NCBI GenBank assembly: GCA_900549955.1
Contig: URQH01000004.1
Coordinates: forward strand, 5,121-69,120
Reading direction: 5' to 3'
Length of the DNA: 64,000 bases
Source of the DNA: an uncultured Eubacteriales bacterium
GTDB taxonomy: Bacteria; Bacillota; Clostridia; Christensenellales; CAG-138
A model generated the notes under the pieces. The model ran no database searches. It was not told where the DNA came from and saw only the letters and a list, made by a program, of their open reading frames with translations. The translations under genes and the position numbers were made by a program. Positions 43,376 through 51,598 of the stretch are shown here, in pieces (within the stretch, counting starts at the first letter, position 1; each line of letters starts with the position of its first letter).

Positions 43376-43409
43376 AAAAAGCTCTGCTGGTTTTCCAGCA
43401 GAGCTTTTT
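43376..43409. terminator. bidirectional terminator between mltG and the XRE regulator
   Basis: Perfect AAAAAGCTCTGCTGG / CCAGCAGAGCTTTTT stem with a TTTT loop, flanked by an A-run and a T-run. Confidence 0.8.
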
Positions 43410-43437
43410 GTGCTTCCACGGGCAGGCGTACTGTCTT

Positions 43438-43782
43438 TTATGACGGGCGCTTACAGGAATTGTCAAACGCACGCAGCAGTTGCAGCACCGCCTGTTTTTG
43501 TGCAATGGTCAAGTTGACCCAACAGCAGAATACTTCTTTCAATTCTGGTGACAATTCTACCATGCTGCCCTCGCAAAAGAACTCCGACAGCGTAATGCCA
43601 AAGCCGGCACAGATGGTTTCAAGCGTAGAGATGGAGGGAAGCGTATTCCGGCGGAAGATGTTTGCCAGGGTGGATTCTGACAGTCCGCAACTCTTGGCCA
43701 ATCGGTATTCTGACCAGTTTCGTTCTTTGAGCAGCTGCCTGAGCCGCGCGTGGATGTCAAAAGTACGTTGTTCCACAATCAA
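43438..43782 (-). CDS. XRE-family helix-turn-helix transcriptional regulator
   Basis: HARLRQLLKERNWSEYRLAKSCGLSESTLANIFRRNTLPSISTLETICAGFGITLSEFF is an HTH_3-type domain. TTG start preceded by AAGAGG. Confidence 0.85.
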   Translation of the reverse strand: MIVEQRTFDIHARLRQLLKERNWSEYRLAKSCGLSESTLANIFRRNTLPSISTLETICAGFGITLSEFFCEGSMVELSPELKEVFCCWVNLTIAQKQAVLQLLRAFDNSCKRPS

Positions 43783-43941
43783 ACCGACCTCTTTTCGTAT
43801 CTAGTTTAACTGGAAATAAAAACTAAGATACTACAGACTTGTAATATATTTACCGTTATGTTAAACTACATGTGTGGAATACAACTTAACAATTTGTAAA
43901 TATACTTCCACTTTTAGCGTATCGGCAAGCGGGGAGGTTAT

Positions 43942-45624
43942 ATGGGACGAAAGCATCTTGCATTGGGACTCGTTGTTTTGTTGTTCATTTTGACGCTGGC
44001 GCCCGGTGCTGCGGGGGCGGTGCAGCGCACCTATGAGGTAACGTCTGAGGCGCAGTTTCTTGAGGCCATCAACGAAATTAATGCGCTGGATGAGGGCATT
44101 TACGAGGTCGTGATAAAATCAGACATTACGGTCAAAAAAGAAGTAGCGCTTGAAAAAAGTACCGTTTCGCTGTTGGGTGAGAATACGCGCTTGACCTTTG
44201 GGGCCGGCGGCGCACTGCTTGTCAGGGGAGAGGCGGAACTGCGGCTGGGCACGGCTTCGAGCAGCGGGTTGCTTACAATCGATTCAACCGACGATACACG
44301 CGCCATAATAGTGACGCTGGACAGCGCGCGGCTGGCCATGTACGATGGGGTCACCCTGGGACCCAGCAAAAGCGGCGGAAACGCCGCGGGCGTACAACTG
44401 CAGGATCAATCAAAATTCTACATGTACGGTGGCACGATCACGGACTGTGAAAACTGGGCGTCGGTTGCCGGCGGCGTACTCGTAAGCGAGGATACGGAGT
44501 TTGTCCTGTATGATGGTGTGATTCAGAATTGCCAGGGCTATCAGGGTGGCGCAGTGGGCGTCATTGAGCGGGGCAAGTTTACCATGATGGACGGGAAAAT
44601 AATCGACTGCATCGACCACTGGTACGGCGGCGGCGCTGTCAATGTGTTTGGCACACAAGCGTCTTTTACCATGCAGAGCGGCGAAATCAGCGGCTGCGCA
44701 GCCGATTACTATGGATATGGCGGAGCGGTATTCGTTTACTCTACGCAGGGCGGCGCAACTTTGCAGGGCGGTTCCATCCACGGCAATTCCACGGTCGGCT
44801 ACGGCGGCGGCCTGTTCGTATATGACGGCTCGGTTTCGGTTGCCGGCAATGTGGCGCTTTATGACAACCTCGCGTCCCTGGCGGGGGACGACGTGTTCCT
44901 GAACAGCGGCACCCTGACGCTTGGCGCGGTGCCGGCGGGGCTACAGCTGTCGGCATGCGGACACGCAATCGATGGGTGGTATCGAGACGGAAACGAGGAC
45001 GGCGATCTCAGATGGAACCAGCCAGCCGATGTCAATGGCGACGGCGTGGTGGATTACGATGGGGACGGGATAAACGACCTGGACGCAAATGGCGGATTGG
45101 ACACGGATGGCGACGGAACGTCGGATCTGGCGGCTGGCGACGCCTATTTTGAACCGTTTGCCGTGCAAGGCGGCTTGACTGCACCGCTTGCACTAAAAGC
45201 GGCGCATCACCGGCAGGTGCGGTTGACGTTCGTCAGCAATGGCGGCACAGAATACCCTGATGCGTTTTACAGCTTGGGCCAGGTAGTGCCGCTCGAGCAT
45301 AAACCCGAAAAGCCCGGATATCACTTTACCGGTTGGTATTCTGAAGCTGCGTGTTTGAACAGATTGACGCACGTTTTAATGGATGGTGATCAAACAGTGT
45401 ATGCAGGTTGGAGACAGATAGAAACGCCCGAAGAGCCAACCACACCTGAGGAGCCAACCATACCGGAGGAGCCAACTCTACCGGAAGAGCCAATACCCGA
45501 GACGGGAGACGCGCGCTTGACGCTGCTTTGGGCCGGCCTCGCTTTGCTTGCGGCGGCAGCGATTGCCATTTGCCACAGAGAAATGAGGCCTCGTACCTCG
45601 CGCCAGAGCATCGGAAAGCCGTAA
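43942..45624 (+). CDS. sortase-anchored surface protein (beta-helix-like repeats, Asp-rich Ca-binding-like repeats, Listeria-Bacteroides repeat)
   Basis: Signal peptide; Gly-rich repeats (YGGGAVNVFG, GYGGAVFVY, GYGGGLFVY); DVNGDGVVDYDGDGINDLDANGGLDTDGDGTSD; a Flg_new-type domain (RLTFVSNGG...GYHFTGWY); C-terminal PETG, TM and basic tail. Confidence 0.8.
   Translation: MGRKHLALGLVVLLFILTLAPGAAGAVQRTYEVTSEAQFLEAINEINALDEGIYEVVIKSDITVKKEVALEKSTVSLLGENTRLTFGAGGALLVRGEAELRLGTASSSGLLTIDSTDDTRAIIVTLDSARLAMYDGVTLGPSKSGGNAAGVQLQDQSKFYMYGGTITDCENWASVAGGVLVSEDTEFVLYDGVIQNCQGYQGGAVGVIERGKFTMMDGKIIDCIDHWYGGGAVNVFGTQASFTMQSGEISGCAADYYGYGGAVFVYSTQGGATLQGGSIHGNSTVGYGGGLFVYDGSVSVAGNVALYDNLASLAGDDVFLNSGTLTLGAVPAGLQLSACGHAIDGWYRDGNEDGDLRWNQPADVNGDGVVDYDGDGINDLDANGGLDTDGDGTSDLAAGDAYFEPFAVQGGLTAPLALKAAHHRQVRLTFVSNGGTEYPDAFYSLGQVVPLEHKPEKPGYHFTGWYSEAACLNRLTHVLMDGDQTVYAGWRQIETPEEPTTPEEPTIPEEPTLPEEPIPETGDARLTLLWAGLALLAAAAIAICHREMRPRTSRQSIGKP
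45424..45495 (+). repeat. in-frame 18-nt tandem repeat, 4 units (xPEEPT)
   Basis: TPEEPT TPEEPT IPEEPT LPEEPI, read directly. Lies immediately upstream of the sorting motif. Confidence 0.9.
45493..45624 (+). other. LPXTG-like cell wall sorting signal (IPETG + hydrophobic segment + basic tail)
   Basis: IPETGD, then LTLLWAGLALLAAAAIAI, then CHREMRPRTSRQSIGKP. Confidence 0.7.
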
Positions 45625-45642
45625 TTTGTAGACTGTTTGTTT

Positions 45643-45690
45643 AGCGCCGGAGACGCACGATCGTCTCTGGCGCTGTTTGCGTTTCGCTTT
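45643..45690 (+). terminator. rho-independent terminator after the surface protein gene
   Basis: 13-bp stem AGCGCCGGAGACG / CGTCTCTGGCGCT (one G-U pair) with a 6-nt loop, then GTTTGCGTTTCGCTTTC. Confidence 0.7.
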
Positions 45691-45778
45691 CTGTCAGATA
45701 GAGCTGCGCTCCCTGCCGTATCTGCCCGCATGCGCCCGTAATTTGTCGCATACGCTGTTGATGGGGGAGGTGGGGCAC

Positions 45779-46459
45779 GTGCAACTGTTTGATCTGTTAT
45801 GCGAGCTGTTCTTTTTTGCCGCCTATGTGAAGAGCGGCTCTTCGTTTCCGGAACCACTGTCTCAGTCGGAAGAGCAGCGTTACTTGACGGCGCTTGCCTT
45901 AGGGTCGGATGAGGCTCGGGAGGCGCTGATAGCACACAATTTGCGCCTGGTCGCTCACATAGCCAAAAAGTATGCGCGCGCAGGGCGCGATATTGACGAT
46001 CTCATATCCATTGGCACCATAGGGCTCATTAAGGCGGTTTCCACTTTTGATGCCAACAAGGGCTCCGCGCTTTCCGCCTATGCGAGCCGGTGTGTGGAAA
46101 ACGAGATCCTGATGAGCCTGCGCGCAGAGCGGAGGCAGGTTTCGGAAGTGTCGCTAAGCGACGCCGTAGGCCTTGATAACGATGGAAACGACGTGACGCT
46201 GCTCGACATCCTGGGCAGCGACCCGGACACGGTCATCGATGAAGTACAGGCGCATTTGGATACGGAGCGCATTCGAATGACCATGCAGCGCGTGCTGACG
46301 GAGCGGGAGTATGTGGTCATTCGTCTGCGCTTTGGCCTCTTTGGCGCATACCGTATGGCACAGCGCGAGGTGGCATCGCTGCTGGGGATTTCCCGTTCTT
46401 ATGTTTCGCGTATTGAAAAAAAGGCGTTATCCAAGCTGAGCTGTGCGCTGGGAAAGTAA
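45779..46459 (+). CDS. sigK: sporulation sigma factor SigK (pro-sigma-K, uninterrupted)
   Basis: YVKSGSSFPEPLSQSEEQRYL...AHNLRLVAHIAKKY...DLISIGTIGLIKAV...RCVENEILM closely parallels B. subtilis SigK. A GTG at 45779 follows GGGGGAGG by 8 nt; an ATG at 45761 is the alternative start. Confidence 0.88.
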   Translation: MQLFDLLCELFFFAAYVKSGSSFPEPLSQSEEQRYLTALALGSDEAREALIAHNLRLVAHIAKKYARAGRDIDDLISIGTIGLIKAVSTFDANKGSALSAYASRCVENEILMSLRAERRQVSEVSLSDAVGLDNDGNDVTLLDILGSDPDTVIDEVQAHLDTERIRMTMQRVLTEREYVVIRLRFGLFGAYRMAQREVASLLGISRSYVSRIEKKALSKLSCALGK

Positions 46460-46646
46460 ATGCACGGTGCGCTGGCGCGCGGGCGTGCATGCTTGTGTTT
46501 CCGCAAGTAATATGCTAAACTGACTATAATTGTAGATAAATTTGCCGTGCCTTGGCGGCGCGAAAAGACGGCTCGTAAAAGGGTCGTGAGCGGACGGCTT
46601 AATAGCGTTAAAAGCTGCCGTCGGAAAGGCATCGCAAGGGGACAGG

Positions 46647-47990
46647 ATGAAGCGTAGTTTTGAAAAGACATTGCGAATCGCGCTACTATTGATAGGCCTG
46701 GTATTGGCTTCTGTCGTGTTTTACCAGGTCTGGTTGGTGTATTATAATCCATACATTCGCTTGCCTTTCTACCGTCGGGGCAATTATATGATTACGCTGA
46801 TGTATATGGCTATTTTGACCATTTGTGTGTTGGTCATGAAGGGGCAGGGGATTGGACGGTCGCGTCTTGCCGAAGTGATCATTTCTCAATGTATCGCACT
46901 TACGATGACGGCGGTTGTTGTGTATTTTCCGATGTCGTTGTTGCAATATGAACTGTTGCGGCCGCTGCCGCTGCTGATCATGTTGCCGGGGCAGTGGCTG
47001 CTGGTATTTATCTGGAACTATCTGGCAAATTTTATATATGTCAAGTTAGTCCCTCCGCTCAAACTGTTGCTGGTCTGCGACCGGGATGACGGATGGCGGG
47101 TTGCGGACAAGCTGAACAAGTACCCCAAGGGATATTCGGTCAACTTGTCGGCCAATGTTTCAGAAGGAAAAGCCGTCATTTGGGAGAGGCTGCACGCGTG
47201 CGACGGCGTGTTATTGGATGTGCATGACGATGTCTGGCGCAGCTGGGTGATTCGACAATGCTTTAAGAAAGACAAACTGTTGTTTCTCGTTCCCACGCTA
47301 ACGGACGTCATTGTAAATTGCACGAAAGAGTTGCATCAGATCGATACGCCTTTGCTGTGCAGCCGCGAACACCGTCACACCATTGAGGAGCGTGCAGTCA
47401 AACGTGCGATGGATGTCGTCATATCCGCGCTTGCCCTGTTCCTTGTCTCACCGCTGTTGCTGGCAATCGCCCTTGCGATTAAACTGGATGACGGCGGCCC
47501 GGTGCTGTTTCGCCAAGAACGTTTGACGCGTGACGGAAAATTATTTTGTATTCTCAAATTTCGTTCCATGGTGCCGGATGCGGAACGTGATGGGCAGCGC
47601 CTGGCGGAAGAACACGATGCGCGCGTTACCCGTGTCGGTCACATGCTGCGCAAGACGCGTTTGGACGAACTGCCGCAATTGTTCAACGTGCTCTGGGGCG
47701 ACATGTCGCTGGTAGGTCCGCGCCCTGAATGCCCGTCCATTGCCGCCCGCTACGAAAAACAGCTCCCCGAGTTTGCCTACCGGTTGAAAGTCAAAGCCGG
47801 GATTACCGGGTACGCTCAGGTCTATGGAGATTATGCAACCGATCCTGTGGACAAGCTCATGATGGACATCATGTATATTGAGCAGCACGATATTGTCGTG
47901 GATCTCAACATCATGCTGCTAACCATTCGCGCCTTGTTTATGACGGACAAGACGCGAGGCAGGAAGGAACAGGTGGAGGCAAAAGCGTGA
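46647..47990 (+). CDS. polyprenyl-phosphate sugar-phosphate transferase (WbaP/EpsL-type priming enzyme)
   Basis: N-terminal TMs and a C-terminal Bac_transf domain (FRSMVPDAE...TRVGHMLRKTRLDELPQLFNVLWGDMSLVGPRPE). Confidence 0.9.
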   Translation: MKRSFEKTLRIALLLIGLVLASVVFYQVWLVYYNPYIRLPFYRRGNYMITLMYMAILTICVLVMKGQGIGRSRLAEVIISQCIALTMTAVVVYFPMSLLQYELLRPLPLLIMLPGQWLLVFIWNYLANFIYVKLVPPLKLLLVCDRDDGWRVADKLNKYPKGYSVNLSANVSEGKAVIWERLHACDGVLLDVHDDVWRSWVIRQCFKKDKLLFLVPTLTDVIVNCTKELHQIDTPLLCSREHRHTIEERAVKRAMDVVISALALFLVSPLLLAIALAIKLDDGGPVLFRQERLTRDGKLFCILKFRSMVPDAERDGQRLAEEHDARVTRVGHMLRKTRLDELPQLFNVLWGDMSLVGPRPECPSIAARYEKQLPEFAYRLKVKAGITGYAQVYGDYATDPVDKLMMDIMYIEQHDIVVDLNIMLLTIRALFMTDKTRGRKEQVEAKA

Positions 47991-48736
47991 GCGTGAGTTG
48001 CAGTGTGGTCATCCCTGCTTATAACTGCGAAAGATATCTGGAAACGGCCCTCCGTTCTGCATGTGGACAAACCATGCGGGACATCGAGATTTTGGTTGTG
48101 GACGATTGTTCCCAGGATGATACGGCGGGTATTGCGGCGCGTTTGATGTTGGAGGATGCCAGAATCCGTTACGCAGTGTTGCCGCACAACGCTGGCGTAT
48201 CCGCAGCCAGAAACTTTGGCGTTCAGCAGGCACGCGGGGCTTGGATTGCGTTTTTAGACAGCGACGATGCCTGGGTGCAGGATAAGCTGGAGAGACAGTT
48301 CGCTTTGCAGGCAAATACAGGCGCAGAATTGTTGTACACGGGCGCCCGTTGCCTGCTGGACGACGGAAGTACGACAGAGCGCGTGTTTCATGTCCCGCCT
48401 CGGACCACGTATGATAATTTGCTGAAAGGCAACGACATCATATGCTCCTCGGTGCTTGTGAAGCGCGACTGGCTTTTGCGGTTTCCCATGGAGCGCAGCG
48501 ATTTGCACGAGGATTATATCTGTTGGCTGCGCCTGTTGCAGAACGAGTGCCTTGCAGCGGGGCTTGACGAGCCGCTTGTGCTGTATCGCCTTGCAGCAGG
48601 TTCGAAATCGCGCAACAAGTGGAACGCGGCACGCATGACCTGGCGGGTACATCAATATATGGGTATTCCGCTTTACAAGCGGTTTCGCTTGTTTGGAGCC
48701 TATATCTTGCATGGCTTGAGGCGGTATTACGGATGA
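47987..48736 (+). CDS. family 2 glycosyltransferase
   Basis: CSVVIPAYNCERYLETAL, VVDDCSQDDT, and FLDSDDAW (DxD). GTGA overlap with the upstream gene. Confidence 0.9.
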   Translation: MSVSCSVVIPAYNCERYLETALRSACGQTMRDIEILVVDDCSQDDTAGIAARLMLEDARIRYAVLPHNAGVSAARNFGVQQARGAWIAFLDSDDAWVQDKLERQFALQANTGAELLYTGARCLLDDGSTTERVFHVPPRTTYDNLLKGNDIICSSVLVKRDWLLRFPMERSDLHEDYICWLRLLQNECLAAGLDEPLVLYRLAAGSKSRNKWNAARMTWRVHQYMGIPLYKRFRLFGAYILHGLRRYYG

Positions 48737-49950
48737 ATGAGCGCTTGCTATCCAAACTTCGGCAGGTTACGTTGCGGGACATTGGTCACTTGTTTTTGTT
48801 CCTCGCAGCTCTGCTGCCGTCTGCAATCTTCAAGATGCGCAGGCCAGATCTGTGGCTAATTTGCGAATCTGCCAACGAGGCGCGCGATAATGGCTATTGG
48901 CTGTTCCGGTTTCTCTGCCGTGAGCGGCCGCAGGTAGACGCCGTATATGCCATTTGCCACACATCGCCCGATTATGCAAAGGTAGCGTCGCTGGGGCAGG
49001 TGGTGGAATATGGCAGTTTTCGCCATTGGGTCTACTATCTCGCGGCCAAGGTCAATCTCAGCAGCCAGAAGAGCGGAAAGCCAAATGCCGCGGTTTGCTA
49101 TCTGCTGGAGGTCGTCCTCGGCGTCTGGAAGAACCGGCGCGTGTTTTTGCAACACGGCGTAATCATGAACGATTTGCCGTTTCTCTATCGTGAAAAGGCC
49201 AAATTCAGTCTGTTTTGCTGCTCTGCGCCGCGGGAACTGGAGTGGGTGCGTAATCGATTTGGCTATCCGCCGGAAGCGGTGCAGATGGTGGGGTTATGCC
49301 GGTTTGATGCCTTGCATGGATTAGTTCCGGACCAGAAACTGGTATTGATCCTGCCAACATGGCGCATGTATTTGCAGCGGCAACATGGCGCCGCTGCGCA
49401 GATGTCGTTTTTGCACAGCCGTTATTATGCGTGTTGGGAGCAGCTGCTGCACGCCGAGGCATTTGCGTCGCTGTTGCAGGCCCATGGCAAGCACGCGATC
49501 TTTCTCATGCACCGCAATATGCAGGCGTTTGAGGGTATCTTTACCGGCTGCGCGCCCTGTATCGACATTGTACGCTGGGAGGACGTAGATGTGTCTGCAT
49601 TGATCCGGCAAGCAGGGACGTTAGTAACCGATTATTCCAGCATCCAAATGGACTTTGGATATCTGGAACGGCCTTTGATTTATTATCAGTTTGATCAGGA
49701 GGAATTTCGAAGAAGCCATTTGGCACAGGGGTACTTCCGCTATGAAGAGGATGGGTTTGGCCCCGTGTGTAAGACGGCTGCAGAGGTTTTGACGGCTCTG
49801 TCAGAGGTATTTGAACGTGGGTGCCAGATGGAACCGGCATATAGGAAGCGTATGGAGCAGTTCTATACGCTTCGGGACACACAAAATTGTGAAAGGACAT
49901 ATGACGCAGTTGTAAAACTGCTGGAGAATCATGGGGAAGATCATCAGTAG
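48733..49950 (+). CDS. CDP-glycerol glycerophosphotransferase family protein (TagB/TagF-like)
   Basis: FLQHGVIMNDL..., GLCRFDAL, LILPTWR and LVTDYSSIQMDF match Glyphos_transf features. ATGA overlap. The track start at 48619 is an extension. Confidence 0.82.
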   Translation: MNERLLSKLRQVTLRDIGHLFLFLAALLPSAIFKMRRPDLWLICESANEARDNGYWLFRFLCRERPQVDAVYAICHTSPDYAKVASLGQVVEYGSFRHWVYYLAAKVNLSSQKSGKPNAAVCYLLEVVLGVWKNRRVFLQHGVIMNDLPFLYREKAKFSLFCCSAPRELEWVRNRFGYPPEAVQMVGLCRFDALHGLVPDQKLVLILPTWRMYLQRQHGAAAQMSFLHSRYYACWEQLLHAEAFASLLQAHGKHAIFLMHRNMQAFEGIFTGCAPCIDIVRWEDVDVSALIRQAGTLVTDYSSIQMDFGYLERPLIYYQFDQEEFRRSHLAQGYFRYEEDGFGPVCKTAAEVLTALSEVFERGCQMEPAYRKRMEQFYTLRDTQNCERTYDAVVKLLENHGEDHQ

Positions 49951-50731
49951 CCTTAAGTTTCGTTGCAGGATGATGCTGAAATATCGGGATCTGCTTATTC
50001 TGCTTGTGCAACGTGACATCAAATTGAAATATCGCAGAAGTATTCTGGGATATTTGTGGAGCATACTCAATCCACTGTTGTCCATGCTGGTGATGACGGC
50101 TGTATTTTCGCACATGTTCAGTCGAAATATCGTAAATTTTCCCGTATATCTGATTTGCGGCAATATTTTTTTCAGTTTCATGCGGGAATCTAGCACTTTA
50201 GCGATAGGTTCCATCGTCAAAAATGCTTCCCTACTCAAAAAGATTTATGTCCCAAAGTATATTTTTACGCTTTCGAAAGTCACCAGTTCGCTGGTTAACC
50301 TGGTGTTTTCTCTTGGCGCGCTACTCATCGTCATGATCGTCACCGGTGTAAAATTTACGTGGTATTGCCTGTTAATTGTGATACCAATTGTGGAATTGTA
50401 TATCTTTTGCCTGGGCCTTGGGCTGTTTCTGGCACAGGCAACCGTGTTTTTCCGTGATATGCAGAACATTTGGGGCGTAGTCACACTGGCCTGGATGTAT
50501 GCAACGCCCATTTTTTATGATTTGGAAGCATTGCCTGACTGGCTGCAGTACTGGGTGCCCAAACTAAATCCGATGTATATTTATATCCAGCAACTGCGAG
50601 ATTTTATCCTGACCGGCGGTTGGACGTGGGACGTTCTCATCTGGCGTGGTGCGCTGGTTGCGCTGATCATGCTTTTCATTGGTTTGTGGAGTTTCACAAA
50701 AACGAAAGACCGGTTTATTCTGTATATTTGA
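49931..50731 (+). CDS. ABC-2 type polysaccharide/teichoic acid export permease (TagG-like)
   Basis: 266 aa with 6 predicted TMs. N-terminal DIKLKYRRSILGYLWSILNP is an ABC-2 signature. Confidence 0.88.
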   Translation: MGKIISSLKFRCRMMLKYRDLLILLVQRDIKLKYRRSILGYLWSILNPLLSMLVMTAVFSHMFSRNIVNFPVYLICGNIFFSFMRESSTLAIGSIVKNASLLKKIYVPKYIFTLSKVTSSLVNLVFSLGALLIVMIVTGVKFTWYCLLIVIPIVELYIFCLGLGLFLAQATVFFRDMQNIWGVVTLAWMYATPIFYDLEALPDWLQYWVPKLNPMYIYIQQLRDFILTGGWTWDVLIWRGALVALIMLFIGLWSFTKTKDRFILYI

Positions 50732-50735
50732 GGGG

Positions 50736-51491
50736 ATGGAGATGGCAACAGAAAACCAAACTTGCATCAAAGTGGAACATGCGTCCGTCCGATTTAATAT
50801 GGCTTCTGAAAAAGTGACGGATTTGAAAGAATATGTTGTAAAGCTTATCAAGCACGAGTTGCTCTTTCAGGAATTCTTTGCGCTCAAGGATATTAGCTTC
50901 AGTATCCGGCAGGGGGAATCCTGGGCGCTTGTGGGTCCGAATGGCGCAGGCAAAAGCACGTTGCTGAAGCTTATCTGTCGGATCCTTACGCCATATGAGG
51001 GAAAAGTATGGGTCAATGGGTCGATTGCTCCGATGATCGAGTTGGGCGCTGGGTTCGATCCCAATTTGACCGCAGAGGAAAATATTTTCATAAACGGCGC
51101 GATACTCGGCCATAACCGTGCGTTTATGCGCGAACACTATGAAGAGATTGTCGATTTTGCGGAACTTCATAAATTCATGGGCATGCCGATCAAAAACTAT
51201 TCTTCCGGCATGCGCGCGAGGCTGGGATTTGCCGTTGCCACCATGGTGAAGCCGGATATCCTGGTCGTGGACGAAGTGTTGGCCGTTGGCGATGCAGCAT
51301 TTCAGAAAAAGTGCATGGATAGAATGCACGAGATGCTGGAAGGTGGAACGACGTTATTGTTCGTATCTCATTCCAACAAGGCTGTGCGAAGCATGTGCAA
51401 GAACGCTCTATGGCTGGACCATGGTGAGATCCGGATGATCGGTAGCGCGGATGAGGTTTGCGACGCGTATGAGAGACAGGGGCGCGGATAA
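50736..51491 (+). CDS. ABC transporter ATP-binding protein (TagH-like)
   Basis: GPNGAGKSTLLKLI Walker A, YSSGMRARLGFA signature, and ILVVDEVLAVGD Walker B. Start at 50736 or 50742. Confidence 0.9.
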   Translation: MEMATENQTCIKVEHASVRFNMASEKVTDLKEYVVKLIKHELLFQEFFALKDISFSIRQGESWALVGPNGAGKSTLLKLICRILTPYEGKVWVNGSIAPMIELGAGFDPNLTAEENIFINGAILGHNRAFMREHYEEIVDFAELHKFMGMPIKNYSSGMRARLGFAVATMVKPDILVVDEVLAVGDAAFQKKCMDRMHEMLEGGTTLLFVSHSNKAVRSMCKNALWLDHGEIRMIGSADEVCDAYERQGRG

Positions 51492-51598
51492 CCATCTGGG
51501 ACATGGCATTGGCGGATGCAACACGCATGGAGGATTGTGCCTCCAACATGCGGGTTTCTCCTTGCGTGGTAAGGACGGACAATGGTATACTTAGGCAT

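Noticed and set aside
45643-46459. Looked for a skin-like intervening element or split sigK, as in B. subtilis and some Clostridia.
   Set aside because: The ORF is contiguous from the pro-sequence through region 4 (SRSYVSRIEKKAL). No recombinase gene is nearby.
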